Of a DNA stretch of 64,000 nucleotides, positions 55,119 through 64,000 are shown piece after piece. The DNA is from Octopus vulgaris. Taxonomy: Eukaryota. Position 1 is the stretch's first letter, and the number at the start of each line of letters is the position of its first letter. The DNA lies in the NCBI GenBank assembly GCA_951406725.2, contig OX597819.1, positions 106,020,001-106,084,000 of the forward strand. The letters are read 5' to 3'. The position numbers and the translations under genes are program-made. The notes under the pieces are model-generated. The model was given only the letters and a program-made list of their open reading frames with translations. It did no database searches and had not been told where the DNA came from.

Positions 55119-55500
55119 TTCAGTCATTTTTTTACTGTGGCCTTGCTGGAGCACCGCCTTTAGTCGAGCAAATCGACTTCAGGACTTATTCTTTGCAAGC
55201 CTAGTATTTATTCTATCGGTCTCTTTTGCCGAACCGCTAAGTTACGGGACGTAAACACACCAGCATCGGTTGTCAAGCGATGTTGGGAGGACAAACACAG
55301 ACACACAAACATATACACACACATACATATATATATATACGACGGGATTCTTTCAGTTTCCGTCTACCAAATCCACTAACAAGGTTTTGGTCGGCCCGAG
55401 GCTATAGTAGAGACACTTGCAGAAGGTGCCACACAGTGGGACTGAACCCGAAACCTTGTGGTTCGTAAGCAACTACTTACCACATTGCCACTCATGCGTC
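55119..55500 (-). mobile_element. Full-length tRNA-derived SINE (family A)
   Basis: A box TGGCAATGTGG, B box GGTTCAGTCCC, internal TA/TG tract; colinear with 61235-61627. Confidence 0.9.
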
Positions 55501-55949
55501 TAGAAATAAATGTAGGAATAAGAAACTTAGGATCGATATCTGCGCCGGGTAATGCATTGTGTTGTTGAACAAGTCACTCTATTTCACATTGCTTAGTTGA
55601 AAACACGTTCCAAAACATTGCCGCTACTGCTGCTCTCTCCACTTTCAGTTATCATACATATGCTGAATGTGCCGCTCGGTCAAAATGTCGAGAGTCAAGA
55701 GGGTGTTTGCATCTGCTGCAAAGTTATAGGCACCTAAAAATTAGGGAAAGCGTTGTACATGTTATAAAACAAATTTTGTTCGCGGATGACAGTTAGCTCT
55801 CCGCATTTAATTATATATAAATATTTGATTTATATTCGTGTCCAGTGCTCGATTACCATACAAATTTTGAAGACTGTACATAAGTTAATAACATAAGACA
55901 ATGTCCTGCAGCGGGAAAGATGGGCAATTTCCTAATGAAATTTAATTGA

Positions 55950-56800
55950 AAATCCTATGTCACTCTGACAATGATGACAGGCAGCATATCATGTCTTCGT
56001 AAAAGCTTTGTGGCTAAGGAGCCGATGTGGAACCCCTGGTCCTAGTGTTCTACTTAAAATCTACAATGGTGGATGATTTGTTTGTCTGTAGAATTTCAAT
56101 GAATGGCTTGCAAATAGCTTAACACGAGTTACAAATGAGGAAATCCCATGTAAATTATCAGTTTGGTTACATATATTTCCCTTTACACAGTAAATTCAAT
56201 ATTGCATGTTTCTAATTTAGCTGAACTGGTGAACTATACCACATGTCAAAAATTAGTGCGGTCTACTATCAATACAACATCGATACCTTGTTTAATAACC
56301 TCAAGTACTATGCCAATCATTTTCCGGAGAATTTCTTGGATTGATATGTTTAATGGTAATTTTGATTTCTATGTAAACATTATCAGCTTCTTCAACAATA
56401 TGGTATTTCGTTGCGTCATCCCTATCGGTTTTCTCTATGTAACACTGATCTATGGTGCTTCAATAATTCATCTGAAGTCAAAATTTGTCTTTCTCCTTAA
56501 ATTAGGTATGAGTGATTTCTGTCATACTTGATGTTTAGGTGTTAGATATTTTGGGGTTATTTTCATCGAACCGACATTTATGTCTCTATTGTTTCTTTAC
56601 TTTCTGAGGCCCACAATATTGACACATGTTTTTTTCCTGAAGGCCCAAAGATTAACTCCTGTTTGGAGTTTGTTCATGAATAACCACACAACAGGCTTTC
56701 AATAGTTCTGCATAGAAACACAAATATTGCTGGATTTTGGAGCAATACGATTTTCAACAGTCACATAATTTTGTACTATTGCGTTTAAACTTTTTTCCTA
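55950..56800 (-). mobile_element. Highly decayed PLE-type reverse transcriptase fragment
   Basis: Frameshifted remnants DNVYIE, YQSK (YQ..GIPMG position), YVTKL and QG F in the order expected for PLE RTs. Confidence 0.4.
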
Positions 56801-57160
56801 CAAACTAACAAGTTACAATGTCATGTCTTCTTAATTTCATATACGCATGGTGAATAGGTAACGGCCAATCATGTGACCTTATTGATTGCCAACGTATTCT
56901 ATATTTTACGAATTTAAGAAAATTGGTGAGCTCCAATACTGCTTACTCTGTAAAAGGAAAAGGCATTAAATCACAATAAGATACTTTTCGTAGTATTTTC
57001 TACCTTGAAAATATTTAAATATAGTTGCGATATTCATCATACCTTTATTGAAGAGTTTGCAGACACGCATATATTTCATACTTGTCTCAAGAGTGTGAGA
57101 GAGGATTCAGATTGCATAGAAGCATTGTCATACACACACAGACACACACACACACACACA

Positions 57161-57217
<57 letters not shown>

Positions 57218-57807
57218 ACAGATGTGCTGACTTGCTTTCTGCTCCAACCACTTTTCGTATTTGCAGCATCTGTTCTTAATTAAAAGATCAATATCTATTT
57301 GCAAAATTGAATTCATTTAATTTTTACTAGAAGCATTATCGGGACGTCTACGTAGTCACTTGCTTGATAGAAATATCAGCTAAGGCCTACTACTATCAAA
57401 AATACGACAGTGCTATAGCCACGGATTTGACCAAAATCAAAGTTTTCACTCGTCTTTTATTCAATATCGATCGCATGATTTCAAAGATAAAGTAGGACTT
57501 AAAACGCCCAATTGTATTAATCAATTCATGTTCAAAATTAGCACCAGAATTTTATATATTATTTTTTATATACAATTTTGGGGTTTTTATGTAGATCGAT
57601 ATACACTCATAATTTTGTTGATTTAAGTATTGTTTTTTACTGTGACCGATATCCGCCTTTAGGTTCTATTATGGCACGCTTCCCAGGCGTTGTCATTGAC
57701 GTCAGGACTTAAGGGCTCTTCAGTTGTGGATCTTCGCCGGGAAACCCTTCTCGCTAATGCCTTCTGAGAAACAATGGTGACACGAAGAAAAAAGTCCAAA
57801 TATGATG

Positions 57808-58320
57808 AGATTAGCTGCTGTTTCTAGTAAGTCGATCGAACATTATCGACCACCAAGTGTCCTAAAGTAAATTTTCAGAAACAAAGTAGCGGTCCAGATA
57901 TCAAATTTACGACTCATTAATCATTACATATTAATGACTCATTAGCAATTAGTCAAAAGCTTGTAAGATAAACTGATACTTCAGTAGATCGATCGACAAC
58001 CAGATAGCAGGATGAAGTAAATTTTCAGAAGAAAATTAGTGACTGAGATATCGAACTGATAATTCGTTCATTACTAAATACTAACAACTCATTAACTGTA
58101 AGTAAAAAACTTGAGAACTTGGCTGTTATTTCTAGCAGGTCAGTTGACATCTAAGTGGCTGAAATAAGTAAATTTTCTGAAGGAATATTGTGGTCGAAAT
58201 TTGTGAGATTGGTTGCTATTTCTAGTAAATTGATACACATAAAGAGGCTGGAGGAATATTCCTCAGAAGAAATATAGTGGGTAAGATATCACACTAACAT
58301 GTCATTAATCATTAGTTACG
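57808..58320. repeat. Diverged tandem array (~90-155 bp units, 4 copies)
   Basis: Units start at ~57808, 57963, 58112 and 58204 with GCTG(C/T)T(A/G)TTTCTAG...AAGTAAATTTTC(A/T)GAA...AGATATC. Confidence 0.7.
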
Positions 58321-60119
58321 TTCAGAAAATAGATTCAGGAATCTCGTTTTGTCTTTTTGAACACAAGACACCATTGCACTGAATAGTAAGTTAGGAAAAG
58401 AAAAAGATATTTCTAATGTTATGTCGGATCTAGTAATGTATGACTGTTATCTGGTTAATCCCAGATAAATAAGAACTGTCCTCTCCGTAAAACAATTAGA
58501 GATATGAAGATTACTTTAATATTTCACGAAATAAACGATATCTAATGCTGTGTCCATTGACGCTAAGTTTTAAATGCCATTATAGCAGCTATTAGAGTAG
58601 CTGTTAAGAACAAAAGACAGGAATAACTGCAATACGTCTAAGGTTTATTAAGTTTACACTTTACACTCACTAACTGGAGAAGCTAGTGCTTTTACTTAAA
58701 AGTTTCCAATGATTTCTTCTTGCGGAAATTCTGCTTGTATTATTTCATATCTTATTATTTTAATTATTGTCAATTGGTTTCAGTCACTGGACCGTGGCCA
58801 TGCTGGGGCATAAATTTTTCAGGATTTTTGGTCAATTGCATGATACAAAACCTGGTAATTTGACTGATGTCATGAATCTAATACGAAATAACAAGCAAGT
58901 AGTCGTCAGGGGGAAAAGGAATATAACTCAGACATAACTAAATAGTACACTGTTATACTTCTTGGCCGAAGGTTTTTTATTAATTCACTGTCAATATAGG
59001 TACACAAACATAAATGAACACACACACACACTTGCATGCACATATAAATATGTACATGTACGTATATCCACGCATATGCGTGAATATATGAATGTGTGCA
59101 TGTCTATATATAGTGGCCATTTTTTAAGCTGTGTTCGCGTCACTTTTCATGTAAGATAGAATAGACAAATTTTGACTCAAGTGTTCGAATTCCAAGACTG
59201 TTATTCGCCGCCATCATTAAATATCAAATCTGTAATGCTATATACTCTAAGTGTTCAATGTGAACGCTGCGCACCCAACAAAGATGGTAAATTTCATTAT
59301 ATTAAAGTCACACGATAACATATTCATGGATCGTAATGGGAAAACCAATTTGTTTCTCACCCCTCATGTAGTAGGGTAATAGTTTATTTCTGAAACATCA
59401 CTGCATACTACACAACTAGTTGAATCATATGCACTTGACGGATGACAGGATAAGAGGAGAGCGACAAAAGGTGAGTAATATGGGGACAAGGATAGAAAGG
59501 AGATGTCATTTCTATAGTACGCATCCAATTTATTATTCGTTTTTAAAACCTTTCTAAGTCATGTAAATATTTTACTAGATATTTGCATTCCCTCAAGATA
59601 AGCAGTCCGTCAGTTCTATTATTTGAATTTATTTACCCCCTTTCTCTTTTCATTTACTTCTTGGTATATTACTTCTTGTGTATTTAAAACTTACGGTTGC
59701 TTATTAGATGTGACACTCCCCTATAATCAAAATTTCATATCCTTGGTGGCCACTTATATGTGTAAGTTAATCCATCTTATTAACTCTAACTTCATTTTAT
59801 TATTAATTCTGTTCTTGCAGCATCGTGATATAATTTGATCATAAGTTACTTGCAAATTTAATGACACATTCTCCGAAAAGAAGACGAAGTCTGAATAAAG
59901 TTGCCAAAATTTTCTATAGTTACTTTTTGTTTAGTATTTACGATGTATATGTAGGAACAACAATTTTGTTCATATTTCAGTTCGGCATCTATCAGTCCTA
60001 TAATTTACACCATGGTTGCTAGGGTGAGTAATAAGACTATATCTTTGAACCAGTAATTGGAAATTGGAAGTTAGTGTCTGATGTATTTATGTGTCTGTGT
60101 GTGTGAATATATATATATA

Positions 60120-60159
<40 letters not shown>

Positions 60160-61160
60160 AGCAAAAATGCGATTAAAAAATCCTGACTGATATCAAGTAA
60201 GCACTCAGTATATATGAAAAAGGTTAAACTTTCAACATGTAGTTTCCAGTAAATGTATGTAGAATACAAATCCAAGACATATCCTCATGTATAGCAGGTA
60301 AATCCCAAAATCCTTAAGCAGAATTTTAAGAAATTCAGAGTATTATCAACAATCAGAAATGTGTACGAAGAAAATCCTTTCTTCATTTTAGATCACACCT
60401 TAAAAATCCAAAAATTCTTTCAATTGCATTAAGATGTACATACATATACACATTTGTATTCATATATACTTATATATATACGTAATATCAAAATTAATAT
60501 GTACGAAAATTTATGTCAACACATGATCAAGGTAATTCAAATTAGTGAAGTATATATATATGTATGTGCGTGTGTGTATATATGTTATAGCTGTATTATA
60601 TAGTGCTACTATTACTGTTTAACGTTATCAATACAGTGCATATTGTTCCAATATTAAATGCCTGCACAATGTTCAAACTTCGACCATTGCCACTGCACAA
60701 TTCCCTGAATAAAACATCATACACCTATTGATACGGTTAAACGAGGATTCACTGTTCATACAATAAAGAAAATAAGGTCTAGTGTGGCGTGCGTCTAAAT
60801 TGCACACTAACCTAACATATTATATATTTACCCTGTCAAGTCAAACACATTCTGGTGTGCTGCTCTTCGACGGCTTAATGCGGAGGGGCAGATTGAAGGA
60901 GCACGGTCAAATTGCAATGTATTCCAATGTACGCATTACTTCGAAAGTAACGGAAAGGATATGGCCTGGAGTTATGAATCTTATGTCAGTCCATTCACGA
61001 TTGATATGGGATACAAAAATCATAGTTCCTTCATTAAAGATGGGTAAATGACAATTATCCGTTTTGGCTTTCGTTCCCACTTTGTGTTTTTTTACTATAG
61101 CCTTGGAATGAATAATGCATTATGGGCCAATTTCGAAGATGGAATATGTGTGAAAAACGA

Positions 61161-61229
<69 letters not shown>

Positions 61230-61234
61230 TACGT

Positions 61235-61626
61235 TTTTACTTTTATTCTTTTACTTGTTTCAGACATTTGGCTTCAGTCATGCTGGAGCAATTCCTTTAG
61301 TCGAACAAATCGACCCCGGGACTTATTATTTGTAAGCCTACTACTTATTCTAATAGCTACTTTTTTTGCCGAACCGCTAGATAACGCGGACATAAACACA
61401 CCAACATCGGTTGTCAGGCGAAGGTGGGACGACAAACACAGACACACAAACATGTACATATATATGTATACGATGAGTTTTTTTCAGTGTCCCTCTACCA
61501 AATCGTCTCACAAGGCTTTGGTCGGCCCGAGGCTGTAGTAGAAGACACTTGTGCAAGGTGCCACGCAATGGACTGAACCCGGAGTCATGTGGTTGGGAAG
61601 CAAGTTTGTTACCCCACAGCCACTCC

Positions 61627-61627
<1 letters not shown>
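61235..61627 (-). mobile_element. Full-length tRNA-derived SINE (family A)
   Basis: Head AGGAGTGGCTGTGGGGT...GGTTCAGTCC; colinear with 55119-55500. Confidence 0.9.
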
Positions 61628-61658
<31 letters not shown>

Positions 61659-63357
61659 TGTATGTATGTATGTATGTATGTGTGTATGTATGTATGTATG
61701 TATGTATGTATGTATGAATGTATGTATGTCTGTATATACAATTGTAATTATATGTGACTAGGTTGTTAAGGAACACCTACATTGCTAGTAATATGTGCTA
61801 TAATGATTTAATGCGGTAGTTAACGCACACGATTGAAAACATATACACTAAGAGGTGCCTGAATCGTTCAAAAATACCGACCGAGAATTCTTAATATCGA
61901 CAGCAGTTTCGGCAATTTCTTTTACCTCATAAGTTAAGCCCGTTCGATCTCAGCTTTCTTCGGCTTGCTTCCCAATTAGTATATAAGTTTTCGCCATTCA
62001 AATTGATGGATGAATTAGCGATATGATAATGTGTATACATAAAATTAATATAAACAGTAGGCTGCAATGTTTCACCAAAAATGGGGATTATAATTGTCAC
62101 TAAATATAACTAGGGTGTTAAGAAACACCGACTTTGTTAGAAATACGATCTAAAAAGCTATATGTATGTGTGTGTGTGTGTGTGTGTGTGAATATATATA
62201 TATAGATATTATGTATATATGTATATGTATATACATACATATGTATGTATGCATATATATATATATATATACACATATATAAGTGTATGCACACACATAC
62301 GCACACGCTCACGCACATACACACACATATATTTGGTTAATGAGAGAGATGGAGGATGGAAGATACAAGAATCGTTATTTTTCGCTACAATTGTTTCGAC
62401 CCATCTAGCGTCGATCCCTAACGAGTGGGATAATTAATAATTGGTTTAGGATTGTTCGTTGGTGTAGACGTGTGTCTTCTGGTAACAAGTAGATATAACT
62501 CGTTAAGATAACCACTGTCCTACAGTTAAAATATGATTAAGAAACTGAAATAGCTGTAGCTTGGAAGCATATGGAAAAGTCTCACATGATTGAAACGTGG
62601 CACTAAATGAGATACATGGAATAATCGACTCTCCAACATATGTTCTAAATGTAATATATAACTGCAACATAGTTAATAATGTATTATGCGAACGTACTTC
62701 TCCTAGCTGGCAATACATCAACCACTTCGACCAAATGATGTGTCCACGCACCCTAAATAATACAATATACGCTACAGTACTTACACGCATGCGATCAACA
62801 GCTATACCTAAATGAACAGATGTTACATAATTGCCCAGTCATCATTAAATATTAACCATTACAAATTGCTCTAAGTCACTTCTTTTCTCACTATAAATCG
62901 TTATCTCCATAGAAACACACTGTTTACTTCCGACCGTAAATCGTAAAAGTCAAATTATGTAAAGATAAGAACAAGCTTCTGAATAACAAAATATTTGATA
63001 CTCTACCACAGCAATTTTACTTAATTAATGGAATTCAATACTTCTGCATATATTTTATTGCATTATAAGAGAAAGGGACCACTGTGATAATGACGTTAAT
63101 TAATATTGTTCTTTAATAATAGGCTACAAATGCGTATATAGATACGTCATTCAAGATAATCGTCCACATGTATGATTTTATAAATCTGTCTAACAATAAC
63201 TTTTCTGTATAATTGCTCAACATGTAGAAATTGCAGCTATATATGTGGTACTATAAAGTTGAACATGACCTGGGCCAATTTTTGGACGAAACAGCAAAAT
63301 ATAAAATGCCAATAAACGAAACTCTCGGCCTTTGAGTCACTCAAGAATTTCAAACGA

Positions 63358-63477
63358 TTATTATTATTATTATTATTAGTAGTAGTAGTAGTATTAGTAG
63401 TAGTAGTGGTAGTAGTAGTAGTAGTAGTAGTACTACTACTACTACTACCACTACTACTACTACCACCACCACCACCT

Positions 63478-63525
<48 letters not shown>

Positions 63526-63542
63526 TAATAATAATAATAATA
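63358..63542. repeat. Palindromic compound trinucleotide microsatellite (TTA)(GTA)|(CTA)(ATA)
   Basis: Direct reading; symmetry centre GTAGTACTAC at ~63432. Confidence 0.9.
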
Positions 63543-64000
63543 GGGGAGAAAAGGGGAGAAAAGTTGAGAAAGAAGTATATTTAAAAAGTGGACGGTTGAT
63601 TAACTGATCCTCCTGTATTTTCTTTTACCCAAAGCCAAGAACTTTTCAACACCACCTCGTATTATTTTCTAAATTCTTTCTTGTTCTACTGTTATGCTTT
63701 CTTTTTTGTTTTCATTCATTACTATAATAGGAATAGATCAAAATCCAGCTGCCGATTTCGTGAACACCGATCTAAACGCTCGTTCAGAAAAGTTTCCCGT
63801 TGACGTTGTCGTCGTCGACTAAATATCTAAAGTTCGATGTAATGTTTGTAAGTAACTGGATATTTATTAGTAAGTTCAGACTTATTATTATTATTTCGAA
63901 TGTTGTTGATTTTAATTAACCTTTAATATTGTAATATTGGTTTCACATTTTAGCACAAGGCTAAGCATTCATGAGAGCAGGTGTGTACATTACATTGACG

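Noticed and set aside
57808-58320. CRISPR-like repeat-spacer array (also 815-923)
   Set aside because: Whole units are homologous rather than unique spacers; eukaryotic context; no cas genes.
60827-61048. Possible MITE with TTTACCC...GGGTAAA ends
   Set aside because: TIR too short and single copy in window.

Overview
AT-rich, microsatellite-dense eukaryotic (metazoan) intergenic or intronic DNA. The repeat repertoire is most consistent with an octopus/cephalopod genome (inference). I cannot support any host protein-coding exon; almost all short ORFs in the track are microsatellite artefacts. Recognisable content: (1) a near-intact R4/Dong-clade non-LTR retrotransposon (RT, CCHC, restriction-like endonuclease; 23.2-27.2 kb, one frameshift) inside a ~10-kb (TAA)n tract that holds several more R4/Dong fragments. 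(2) A near-full-length decayed Penelope-like element (PLE; 47.9-50.7 kb) whose terminal repeats carry a tRNA-like Pol III head and a hammerhead motif. (3) Decayed mariner, Tc1, maT-like, CR1-like and PLE copies, MITEs and tRNA-derived SINEs. The most interesting signal is a set of small non-coding modules lodged in (TA)n/(TAA)n tracts. They carry canonical or variant hammerhead-like motifs, occur as partial tandems (155, ~410 and 872 nt units) or tail-outward inverted repeats, and two families show hairpins conserved by compensatory changes. Together they suggest a candidate community of ribozyme- or structured-RNA-bearing non-autonomous retroelements targeting microsatellites, probably mobilised by PLEs. 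All alignments and folds were done by eye.
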